Of a stretch of DNA of 64,000 nt, positions 9,510 to 17,868 are shown in pieces. The position numbers and the translations under genes are program-made. Under the pieces are notes generated by a model. It had not been told where the DNA came from, made no database searches, and was given only the letters and a program-made list of their open reading frames with translations. The DNA comes from Treponemataceae bacterium (GTDB lineage Bacteria; Spirochaetota; Spirochaetia; Treponematales; Rectinemataceae), in assembly GCA_963678065.2 (NCBI GenBank), contig CAXXVZ010000003.1, forward strand, positions 2,016,001 through 2,080,000, in the 5' to 3' direction. The first letter of the stretch is position 1, and each line of letters opens with the position of its first letter.

Positions 9510-10133
9510 ATGTCATCCTACGAAAAACCGGATTTCTGGGCGCTCAAGGCAAAAAAAGAGGGCTATCCCGCCCGCTCTGTCTACAAGCTCCAGGAAATCG
9601 AAAAAAAATTCGGCCTCCTCAAGCCCGGTTTCCGGGTTCTCGACATCGGGGCCGCTCCGGGATCATGGAGCCTCTGGGTGCTCAAACGGCTTGCGGGAAC
9701 AGGCTTTCTCTCCGCCGTCGATCTTCAGGAACTGCGCATGGAATCACCCTACGACAATTTCTTCTTCATCAAGGGGAACCTGCACGATGAGGAGGTAAAA
9801 AAGGAACTTGCGGCAAAGGGCCCCTACAATCTCGTCCTCTCCGACGCCGCGCCCGCGACCTCGGGCAACCGTTTCGTCGACCAGAGCCAATCCGCAGAGA
9901 TCGTCGGAGCTGTCATAGACTACGGTTTCGAGATGCTGAAACCCGGTGGAAGTCTCGTAGCCAAGATATTCCAGGGAGGATCGGAGCGGGAATTTCTCGA
10001 CAGGCTCCGGTCTTGCTTCGCGTCCGCGAAGGCCTACAAGCCGGAAGCCTGCCGGTCGGAATCCTTCGAGACCTACCTCGTGGCGACCGGCTTCAGGAAG
10101 ACTGCGCCCAGCCGGCCTCAATCTGCCGGATAA
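9510..10133 (+). CDS. rlmE: 23S rRNA Um2552 methyltransferase
   Basis: GYPARSVYKL.EI, LDIGAAPGSW, VLSDAAP, K.FQG, KP.ACRSES.E.Y. Confidence 0.93.
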   Translation: MSSYEKPDFWALKAKKEGYPARSVYKLQEIEKKFGLLKPGFRVLDIGAAPGSWSLWVLKRLAGTGFLSAVDLQELRMESPYDNFFFIKGNLHDEEVKKELAAKGPYNLVLSDAAPATSGNRFVDQSQSAEIVGAVIDYGFEMLKPGGSLVAKIFQGGSEREFLDRLRSCFASAKAYKPEACRSESFETYLVATGFRKTAPSRPQSAG

Positions 10134-10590
10134 ACTCACAGAGCTCCTCCGTGGAGGGACGTTCCGACAGCACCTTCTTGAAATCGGGCCTTCTGCACAG
10201 GTGCGTGAGCGCGGCGAGGACGGCAAGATGACTGCGCGCGTCCGCCGACAGTATGATGAAGAGAACAGAAACCGGCTGTTTGTCGAGGGCGTTGTAGGCG
10301 ATGGGTGTTTTCAGGAACATCACCGCCACTCGCTGCTGGGAGGCATCGGTCACCAGTGGACTGCGGGGGTGAGGAATGGCCATACCGTTGCCGATCGCGG
10401 TTGGCATGAGGGACTCGCGTTCGAGAATGGCGTTGAGAAGAAGATCTCTCGCCACACCCTTGGGCAGCTCGATCGAGGCGATAGCCTCGGTCAGGACCTG
10501 CGTCGGCGTCGTCCCCCCGACATTGTAGTATACCCCTCCCCTCCGTATCATCTCCGAGAGAGGAGTTGCGTTCCGCACGGCCTCGGGCAT
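10093..10590 (-). CDS. Stand-alone PTS EIIA (Fru/Ntr-type) protein
   Basis: RE...PTAIGNGMAIPHP phospho-His motif and DKQPV..LF...HL. Confidence 0.9.
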   Translation of the reverse strand: MPEAVRNATPLSEMIRRGGVYYNVGGTTPTQVLTEAIASIELPKGVARDLLLNAILERESLMPTAIGNGMAIPHPRSPLVTDASQQRVAVMFLKTPIAYNALDKQPVSVLFIILSADARSHLAVLAALTHLCRRPDFKKVLSERPSTEELCEFIRQIEAGWAQSS

Positions 10591-10601
10591 CGCTGATCCC
10601 C

Positions 10602-11183
10602 TTATTTTTTCGCGACTTCCGGCAGATCGAACTCGAAGGATGCGGGGGCACCTTCACCGATGAAGGCCTTGACCACGACTTTGGTGGGGCGCGGTATCGG
10701 GTTCTTGCCCACGAAAACGAGATACCAGGTCGTAGACCCCTTCGGCGCCTTCGTGATGAGTTCTGGCATGTAGGTCCGCTCGAGCCTGTCCAAGCGCCTG
10801 AGCACGTCGGACTCCTTGGCGGGCCAGGCCTCCCAGAAGGTCTTCATGTCCTCGATGCTGAAAAGGGGCGCCACAGGCGCTCCCTCTGGATTCACGGCCT
10901 TCGCCTGCACTTCCACAAGAGCCGGCGCGGTGAGCGCAAAATCCACTTTGAGGACAATGAATTCATTCGGCTTTCCCTTGATCATCCCCTCAGGGATAAG
11001 ATAGGGATTCTCCACAAACGTCGACCCACCGTCGTGCCGCAGCCCCTCTTGGGACATGAGACTCACCCTGACCGTGGATGCCTGCGAAGCCTTCGCCGGC
11101 GCGCTCGTGCAGGAAATCACAAGAGTCAGTGCCACCAGAACGCAAACGGCAGCTGATATCTGGGTAAATTTTATCTTTTTCAT
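10602..11183 (-). CDS. Hypothetical lipoprotein
   Basis: Basic N-terminus, hydrophobic stretch and lipobox VISC. Confidence 0.75.
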   Translation of the reverse strand: MKKIKFTQISAAVCVLVALTLVISCTSAPAKASQASTVRVSLMSQEGLRHDGGSTFVENPYLIPEGMIKGKPNEFIVLKVDFALTAPALVEVQAKAVNPEGAPVAPLFSIEDMKTFWEAWPAKESDVLRRLDRLERTYMPELITKAPKGSTTWYLVFVGKNPIPRPTKVVVKAFIGEGAPASFEFDLPEVAKK

Positions 11184-11256
11184 GGTTTTCAGTATGCTCG
11201 ATCCTCCGGAAATTCACAATACCCCGCTTTTTGCGGGATTTCCCGATCAATGTTCC

Positions 11257-11282
11257 AAAAAAGGCCGACCCGAAGGCCGGCC
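11257..11282 (-). terminator. Intrinsic terminator
   Basis: Minus strand reads GGCCGGCC-TTCG-GGTCGGCC-TTTTTT. Confidence 0.8.
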
Positions 11283-11337
11283 CGCATAATTCCTAAAATC
11301 AACAACCCCGCAGTCGCAAGGCATGAAACCTGCCTGC

Positions 11338-12294
11338 TCAGAAGGAAATCTCGAAATCGACGGGGAGCTGGAGATCGGTTGTGGCGGCATTGTAGCTGAT
11401 ACCGACGATGATATCGCCCATGTCGAAGTTCCTCTTGATGTAGGGATTGATCACAAGCCCGTTATTGTCATACCAAGAATCGCCATTATCAACGGTAACC
11501 TTGGTTCCCAGCACGTAGTTGCCCATCGTATACTCGATCCTTCCCCTTACTCCGTATGCTGACGTAGGCCTGAGCGAGAAATTGGCATCCAAAGCATAGT
11601 TCATGGCACCATCGGTCTTGCCCAAAGTGGTATACAGCACAGTAGTAGGTCCGAAGAATTTGGAAATACTCCAGAATCCACCAGAATTCGTCAAGCCGAC
11701 TTTGAATGTGACATCCTTGATCGCTTTCACATCTGCGCCGAAAGAAAGCTCGTTATCAGTACCGGGCAGCAAATTGTTCGGAGAACGATAGGCCGTTACA
11801 AAGGTGGCTACATTCGGTATTGCAAAGCTGATTCCAAGAGAAGAAGCCCTCAAATCCTTAACGATAGAACTGCCTGAGACAGGGGTAAAGGTCGCTACGG
11901 TCAGGTTTTTGACGGCATCCCAATAAACCATCACACCTTCTTGCGCATTGGCGAGACGAGTGGAAAATCCATTCCCGTCAATGTAGGAGGTCAAGCGTGC
12001 ATTTCCGGCCTCACGAAGCTTTCCGGCGTAGACCTTGATCCCGGTGCACCACTGGTACCAGAACGAGTAGTTGCGGGGAGAGGCAAAAAGATCGGCTCCT
12101 CCTACAACGGTGGCGGCAAAGCCCATATCCTTGGCTTTATACGAGAGGTAGGTCTCTGTGTAGATACCGTATGAGTCGGTAGAAGCCGCAGTAGCAGTGA
12201 TGTCGCCATACAGACCGAAAGTGAGCGCAGGTGTCTGGGCGAAGGCCCCGACCACCGCAACGAGCGCGAATGCGAGTACAAGAATTTTCTTCAT
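11338..12294 (-). CDS. Putative outer-membrane beta-barrel protein, paralog 1
   Basis: Signal peptide (AFA-Q), amphipathic beta strands, C-terminal LPVDFEISF; RBS GAGGAGGA. Confidence 0.75.
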   Translation of the reverse strand: MKKILVLAFALVAVVGAFAQTPALTFGLYGDITATAASTDSYGIYTETYLSYKAKDMGFAATVVGGADLFASPRNYSFWYQWCTGIKVYAGKLREAGNARLTSYIDGNGFSTRLANAQEGVMVYWDAVKNLTVATFTPVSGSSIVKDLRASSLGISFAIPNVATFVTAYRSPNNLLPGTDNELSFGADVKAIKDVTFKVGLTNSGGFWSISKFFGPTTVLYTTLGKTDGAMNYALDANFSLRPTSAYGVRGRIEYTMGNYVLGTKVTVDNGDSWYDNNGLVINPYIKRNFDMGDIIVGISYNAATTDLQLPVDFEISF

Positions 12295-12358
12295 ACACAA
12301 TCCTCCTCTGGACGGATACTGAAGAATGCTCCTCGGTTAAAATAACCGAACCTCATTA

Positions 12359-12388
12359 ACTATATTCATCGGCACAAACAACTGTCAA
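12359..12388 (-). promoter_or_regulatory. sigma70-like promoter of OMP paralog 1
   Basis: TTGACA-N18-TATAGT. Confidence 0.6.
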
Positions 12389-12396
12389 GCCAAGAT

Positions 12397-12426
12397 AAAA
12401 AAAACCGGCCCTTTCGGACCGGTTTT
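12397..12426 (-). terminator. Intrinsic terminator of OMP paralog 2
   Basis: CCGGTCC-GAAAG-GGCCGG followed by T8. Confidence 0.8.
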
Positions 12427-12448
12427 CCGCTTTCACGAATGCGTTGAC

Positions 12449-13369
12449 TTAGAAGGAGATTTCGAAATCGACGGGGAGGGAAACAACGGAGGTTCCGGCG
12501 TTGTACTTGACACCGACGATGATGTCGCCAGCGGCGAAGTTGCGCTTCACATAGGGCTTCAGAACGAGAGCGTTGTTCTTGTACCATCCCATGGCAGCGG
12601 TATTATCAGACCAGAGCTTTGCACCAAGGACATAGGATCCCATGGTGTACTCGACTCTTCCCTGGATACCATAGGCAGAAGTAGGCTTCACGTAGAAATA
12701 GCCATCAGCAGCGAAGTTGAGGTCGCCGACTGTCTTGCCGAATGTTCCGTAGAGTACGGTGGAAGCGCCGAGATTACCAGTGTTCATAATTCCGGCTTTG
12801 AGAGTGGTGTCCTTGATCGCTTTGAGGTCTACACCGGCAGAAGCTTCGTAGCCATTGAGCCTGTAGGCGGCAACGACAGTCGCGACGTTCGGAAGAGCGA
12901 GGCTCACGCCGAAAGCGGATTTCTTAAGATCCTCGACGGGCGCGAGGCCAGTCACGGGCACGAAAGCCGCAGCGGTAAAGCCAGGGACCACCGTCATCTC
13001 GGCGAGCACGCCGGCTTCAACAGCCGCCATGCGGGTGGAGAAACCGTTGCCATCGATGTAGGAGGTCAGGCGGGCTGAGCCAGCTTCGCGGAGAACGCCG
13101 GCGGAGATCTTGGCGGCGGGGCAGACCTGATACCAGAACTTGTAGTTCCTGGGGGTCGCAAAGAAATCGGCTCCACCAACTACGGTCGCATTGAGTCCCA
13201 TGTCCTTGGCCTTGTAGGTCAGGTAGGTCTCGGTGTAGAGCGCGTAGGAATCAGCGGTGGCAGCGGTGGCGGTGATGTCGCCATACATGCCGAACGCGAG
13301 GGCGGGAGTCTGGGCGAAAGCGCCACCGACTGCGACGAGAGCGAGGAGCAGAACGAGAACCTTCTTCAT
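12449..13369 (-). CDS. Putative outer-membrane beta-barrel protein, paralog 2
   Basis: Same architecture as paralog 1; shares YTETYL.YKAKDMG, ARLTSYIDGNGFSTR and LPVDFEISF. Confidence 0.78.
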   Translation of the reverse strand: MKKVLVLLLALVAVGGAFAQTPALAFGMYGDITATAATADSYALYTETYLTYKAKDMGLNATVVGGADFFATPRNYKFWYQVCPAAKISAGVLREAGSARLTSYIDGNGFSTRMAAVEAGVLAEMTVVPGFTAAAFVPVTGLAPVEDLKKSAFGVSLALPNVATVVAAYRLNGYEASAGVDLKAIKDTTLKAGIMNTGNLGASTVLYGTFGKTVGDLNFAADGYFYVKPTSAYGIQGRVEYTMGSYVLGAKLWSDNTAAMGWYKNNALVLKPYVKRNFAAGDIIVGVKYNAGTSVVSLPVDFEISF

Positions 13370-13441
13370 TTAAGTCCTCCTTGACGTACGTAAGGGGGTT
13401 AAACCGACGGTCTAATAATCCCCTTTCCTAGGTTCGAGTGG

Positions 13442-13471
13442 AGTATAGCCCGGCGCAATTTCAGGTGTCAA
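13442..13471 (-). promoter_or_regulatory. sigma70-like promoter of OMP paralog 2
   Basis: TTGACA-N18-TATACT with an AT-rich upstream region. Confidence 0.65.
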
Positions 13472-13594
13472 GTTTTTTCTACGAAAATTGCCGATTGATT
13501 CGATATTAATCAACATTTTTTATTATAAAGATTTAGAATAACATGCCGATATAATCGGCATTCTTGCGGGCTTTACAGAAATCATTGAATTGTC

Positions 13595-13635
13595 AAAAAA
13601 TCTGTCGCCAGCCGGGTTTTCCGGCCGGCGACGGG
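13595..13635 (-). terminator. Intrinsic terminator of ackA
   Basis: GTCGCCGGCCGG...CCGGCTGGCGAC hairpin followed by a T run. Confidence 0.7.
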
Positions 13636-13647
13636 CTGTTTTCTCCG

Positions 13648-14985
13648 TCAGGGAAGGACAGCGACGATGTCCCTGAGCCAGGGCTTCTTCTCGAAATCGC
13701 GGACGAGCCCCGCGGCGCGGGCCTTGTTCACGTAGTCTGAGTCCTGGAAGTAATACTTGTAGTTGGTGTGCACATCGTAGGTGCCGTTCATGAGGGCGAA
13801 TGCGTCCTCGGTCATGACGAGCTCCTCGTCGGTGGGGATGACGAAGATCTTGACCTTGGAACCGGGACCGGTGATGTCGAGTTCGGCATTGCGGCACTTG
13901 GCGAGGGCGTTCTTCTTCTCGTCGATGACAATGCCGAGCTCGCCGAGCCCCGCGCAGGAGAGCTGGCGGGTGACCGGGCCCATTTCCCCGACGCCGGCAG
14001 TGAAAACAATAGCGTCGACGCGGCCGAGGGCGGCGTAGTAGGCGCCGATGTACTTCTTGATGCGGTAGCTCTCGAGCTGCTGGGCGAGAATGGCGATCGG
14101 GTCGCCCTTCTCGGCGGCGGTTTCGATATCGCGGCGGTCGGACCACTTGCCGGTGATGCCGAGTACGCCGGATGCCTTGTTCAGCTTGGACTCGACTTCT
14201 GCCGGAGTCATGCCGGCCTTGCGGATCATGTGAAAGACGATGCCAGGATCGATGTCGCCGGAGCGGGTTCCCATGACGAGGCCTTCGAGAGGGGTCATGC
14301 CCATAGACGTGTCGAAGGAGCAGCCGTTCTTGACGGCGTTGATGGATGAGCCGTTGCCGATGTGGGCGATGACGAGATTGGTCTCGAAGGGCTCCTTGCC
14401 GAGGAGGACGGAGGCGCGTTTTGCGTTGTAGAGGAAGCTGGTACCGTGGAATCCGTAGCGACGGACAGAGTATTTGTCGGCCCACTCGGTGGGCAGGGCG
14501 TACATGTAGCTGGACGCGGGCATGGTCTGGTGCCAGGCGGTGTCCATGACCGCGCAGTGAGGAACGTTCGGAAGGACGGTCTTCGCTGCTTCGACGCCCA
14601 TGAGGTTGGCGGGGTTGTGGAGAGGAGCGAGATCGGTCAGCGACCTGAATGTCGAAAGGAATTCATCCGTGATGAGGCTGGAGCGGGCGAATGTGGATCC
14701 GCCGTGGACCATGCGGTGGCCGACAGCCTTGATGCTGTCCATGTCGGAGATGACGCCGTACTCGGGGTGGACGAGGGTGTTGAGAATGAGCTCGATGGCC
14801 ACCGTGTGGGTGGGGCACTCGTGGTCGGTGACGTAGTCTGCTTTGCCGCGGGGTTTGTGGGTGATCGAGGATCCGCCGAGAGTGACGCGTTCAACGATGC
14901 CGGTAGCGAGGATGTCCTTCTCGACCCAATCGTATACCTGGTATTTGACTGACGACGAGCCGCAGTTGAGTGTGAGGATGACCAT
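13648..14985 (-). CDS. ackA: Acetate kinase
   Basis: [60 protein letters not shown]. Confidence 0.97.
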   Translation of the reverse strand: MVILTLNCGSSSVKYQVYDWVEKDILATGIVERVTLGGSSITHKPRGKADYVTDHECPTHTVAIELILNTLVHPEYGVISDMDSIKAVGHRMVHGGSTFARSSLITDEFLSTFRSLTDLAPLHNPANLMGVEAAKTVLPNVPHCAVMDTAWHQTMPASSYMYALPTEWADKYSVRRYGFHGTSFLYNAKRASVLLGKEPFETNLVIAHIGNGSSINAVKNGCSFDTSMGMTPLEGLVMGTRSGDIDPGIVFHMIRKAGMTPAEVESKLNKASGVLGITGKWSDRRDIETAAEKGDPIAILAQQLESYRIKKYIGAYYAALGRVDAIVFTAGVGEMGPVTRQLSCAGLGELGIVIDEKKNALAKCRNAELDITGPGSKVKIFVIPTDEELVMTEDAFALMNGTYDVHTNYKYYFQDSDYVNKARAAGLVRDFEKKPWLRDIVAVLP

Positions 14986-15133
14986 GATCTCTCCTAGGTG
15001 ACATGAATTGGTTATTCCATTGTATCACCGTACTCTAGGAGGATCAAGATCGGAGCGCGCCGATACCGCCCGATTCCGTTCCGGGGGCGGCCCGGAACCG
15101 CGTAAGTCCGGCCGCAGCCTTCCCGTCGGCCGG

Positions 15134-17089
15134 TCACATCAGGTTGACGGGGTCGATGTCCATTTCGAGGTGAACATCGTGTGGCGGAACGAAGGATGCG
15201 GCCATTCCGGCCAGGATCGAGTGGAGGGGTTTGAGCGAGACAGCGCGGAACAGAAGCTGGTGGCGCGCGTTGCCAGCGATCTTTCCGAGGGGGCATTCGG
15301 CGGGACCGAGAAGTTCCACGCCTTCCGGCAGGTGAGGAGCGACAGTGTGGGCGAAATCCTCGGCCGCGCGGGAGGCCCGCTCAGCTTCGCGCGAGCGGAA
15401 CACGATCCTGACGAGGCGGGAGAAGGGCGGGAAACCGAGCATGCTTCGCTGGTCGAGTTCCCGCCGATAGAAGCCGTCGGCGTCCATCGCCGCCGCGAGA
15501 CGGATGACCTCGTTGTCGGGACGGTAGGTCTGGACGAAGACTCTGCCGTCCGGCGTGAAGCGCCCGGCCCGGCCCGCCACCTGGACGATGAGGGCGAAGG
15601 CCCGCTCGGCGGCCCTGAAGTCGGGAAGATTGAGCGTGGTGTCGGCGAGAACGACACCGATTGTCTTCACTTTGGGGAAATTGAGCCCCTTGGCCACCAT
15701 CTGGGTGCCAAGGAGTATGTCGACCCTCCCCTCGCGGAACTCCGCGAGCGTCGCCTCGAGCTCGCCTTTTTTCGAGACGGTGTCCGCGTCGAGGCGCCTG
15801 ATCGAGAATTCCGGAAACAGCCTTCGGGCCTCCTCCTCGATGCGCTCCGTTCCGAAGCCGGCCCAGCCGACATCGAGGGAATTGCATTCGGGGCAGGCTT
15901 TGGGCGGGCGCATCCGGAAGCCGCAGTAATGGCACTCGAGACTGTCGCGCTCTTTGTGGTAGGTGAGCCCGACCGAGCAGTGGCGGCAACGGATCTCGGA
16001 GCCGCATGTGTTGCAGCGGAAAAACCAGGAAAAACCCCGGCGGTTGAGAAAGAGAATGGATTGGCCTCCGCGCGCCTTCGTCTCGCGAACCGCCTGGGCG
16101 AGCCGTCCGGAGATGGGGCCGTCCTCTCCGTTCATGTCGACGATCTCTACGGCGGGGATGGAGCCGCCCGCCGGCCTCGAGGAAAGAGTCACCCTTTCCA
16201 TGAAACCCGAGACAGCGAGGTGCCAGGACTCGACCGAAGGAGTGGCGCTTCCCATGACGAGGCGGGCGCCCTCGAGGGCCGCACGTTTCATGGCGACCTG
16301 CCTCGCGTGGTAGCGGGGAGCGTTGCCGGCCTTGTAAGAACCTTCGTGCTCTTCGTCGATGACGATGAGACCGAGCCCTTTTACCGGAGCGAAGACGGCG
16401 CTTCTGGCCCCGATCACGACGCGGGCTTCGCCCCGCAGGATGCGCCGCCACTCCGCGAGTCGCCGCGAAGGGCTGAGGCGCGAGTGCAGGACGGCGCACA
16501 GGGGGCCGAAACGCTTTGCGGCCGCCGAGACGACCTGCCCGGTCAGCGCGATCTCGGGCACGAGGTAGATGACGCCGCGACCTCCCGCGAGGGCCGCCTC
16601 GGCCGCCTGCATGAAGACTTCGGTCTTGCCGGAACCGGTGATGCCGTAGACGTAGGTCGTGCCCGAGTCCGAGCGGGTTATCCGGGCGAGGGCCGCGCGC
16701 TGCTCCTCCGTAGGCGCGAGGGCGTGGTCGCCGATGGCGGCGTCGCCGGTATCGAGCGCCGGCGCTTCGGACTCGCGCCGCCCGGAAGGGATCATGGCGG
16801 CGAGCGCCTCCCCAAGCGAGCACAGATACATGCCGGAGAGCCAACGGGCGAGTTCGATCGTAGGCTGCGCGAAGAGGGCTTCGCCATCTATCGTTCTCGA
16901 GATGGACTTTACGCTGCAAGGATCGATGTCCGCCTCGTCGATCTCGTCCACCACGTATCCCGTCGCCTTCCGCCTCCCGAAAGGAGCCTCGACCCGGAGA
17001 CCGACGGTCGCAGGGCTAGCCGGAGAATTGCGGTAGGTGAACAGGTTCGGCAGGGGAAGGTTGAAGGCGACCTTCAGATACTCAGCCAT
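15134..17089 (-). CDS. priA: Primosomal protein N' helicase
   Basis: GITGSGKTEV, IDEEH, SATPS, LNRRG, Cys-rich zinc motifs, GTQMVAKG and QVAGRAGR. Confidence 0.97.
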   Translation of the reverse strand: MAEYLKVAFNLPLPNLFTYRNSPASPATVGLRVEAPFGRRKATGYVVDEIDEADIDPCSVKSISRTIDGEALFAQPTIELARWLSGMYLCSLGEALAAMIPSGRRESEAPALDTGDAAIGDHALAPTEEQRAALARITRSDSGTTYVYGITGSGKTEVFMQAAEAALAGGRGVIYLVPEIALTGQVVSAAAKRFGPLCAVLHSRLSPSRRLAEWRRILRGEARVVIGARSAVFAPVKGLGLIVIDEEHEGSYKAGNAPRYHARQVAMKRAALEGARLVMGSATPSVESWHLAVSGFMERVTLSSRPAGGSIPAVEIVDMNGEDGPISGRLAQAVRETKARGGQSILFLNRRGFSWFFRCNTCGSEIRCRHCSVGLTYHKERDSLECHYCGFRMRPPKACPECNSLDVGWAGFGTERIEEEARRLFPEFSIRRLDADTVSKKGELEATLAEFREGRVDILLGTQMVAKGLNFPKVKTIGVVLADTTLNLPDFRAAERAFALIVQVAGRAGRFTPDGRVFVQTYRPDNEVIRLAAAMDADGFYRRELDQRSMLGFPPFSRLVRIVFRSREAERASRAAEDFAHTVAPHLPEGVELLGPAECPLGKIAGNARHQLLFRAVSLKPLHSILAGMAASFVPPHDVHLEMDIDPVNLM

Positions 17090-17855
17090 CGGTCAGGATT
17101 CCGCGCAAACGCTTGAGGTCTTCCCAAGCCGGGCGCTTAAGGGATTCGTCGCGCAGGAGGGCGCTCGGGTGGAAGGTGGCGACGAGAGGAATGCCGGCGT
17201 AGCGCAGCTCTCTGCCCCGAAGCCTGTTAATACCCTCCTTCGTGCCAACGAGAGTCTGGGCGGCGACGCGGCCGACACAGAGGATGACTCGCGGCCGCAG
17301 GAGCGCGATCTGTCTGTCGAGATAGCCGCGACAGGCAGACTGCTCGTCGGGGGCGGGATCGCGGTTCATAGGCGGACGGCATTTGACGACATTGGCGATG
17401 TGACAGTTGGTGGTTCTGGACAGACCGATCGCCTGCAGCATTTTGTCGAGAAGGCGTCCGGCGGGCCCGACGAAGGGCAGACCGCTCGCGTCTTCATCCG
17501 CGCCGGGACCTTCGCCCACGACGAGGACGACAGGGGCGGGCACTCCCTCACCGGGGACTGTGTTCCTGCGGGTCGACGCGAGGCGACAGGCTGTGCAGCG
17601 CGCGATCTCGGAAGCCACACGTTCGAGACTGTCACCGGGCACGAGGGGCCCCGGAGTCGCGGCCACGTCGCGGGAGGCTGTCTCCCCCACAGTGAGAGCA
17701 TCGAAGTCTGGCTGGGCACGGGCACGTCTCATACCTTCCTCGTGCCCCCACACCCCCGAGGACTTGCCCTGGATCACGCATGACGCGGAGCCGGCGAGCC
17801 AGTCCTCGATGACGCAGAGGTTTTCCCAGATATCTGTCCGTTCCGCCGTATCCAT
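17082..17855 (-). CDS. Family 4 uracil-DNA glycosylase
   Basis: C..C.L, GEGPG..ED..G.PFVG.AG, NVVKCRPP.NRDP, TFHPS. Confidence 0.95.
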   Translation of the reverse strand: MDTAERTDIWENLCVIEDWLAGSASCVIQGKSSGVWGHEEGMRRARAQPDFDALTVGETASRDVAATPGPLVPGDSLERVASEIARCTACRLASTRRNTVPGEGVPAPVVLVVGEGPGADEDASGLPFVGPAGRLLDKMLQAIGLSRTTNCHIANVVKCRPPMNRDPAPDEQSACRGYLDRQIALLRPRVILCVGRVAAQTLVGTKEGINRLRGRELRYAGIPLVATFHPSALLRDESLKRPAWEDLKRLRGILTDG

Positions 17856-17868
17856 AATGCGGTCCCCC

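Noticed and set aside
15008..17116. 702-aa + strand ORF
   Set aside because: It is the antisense shadow of priA.
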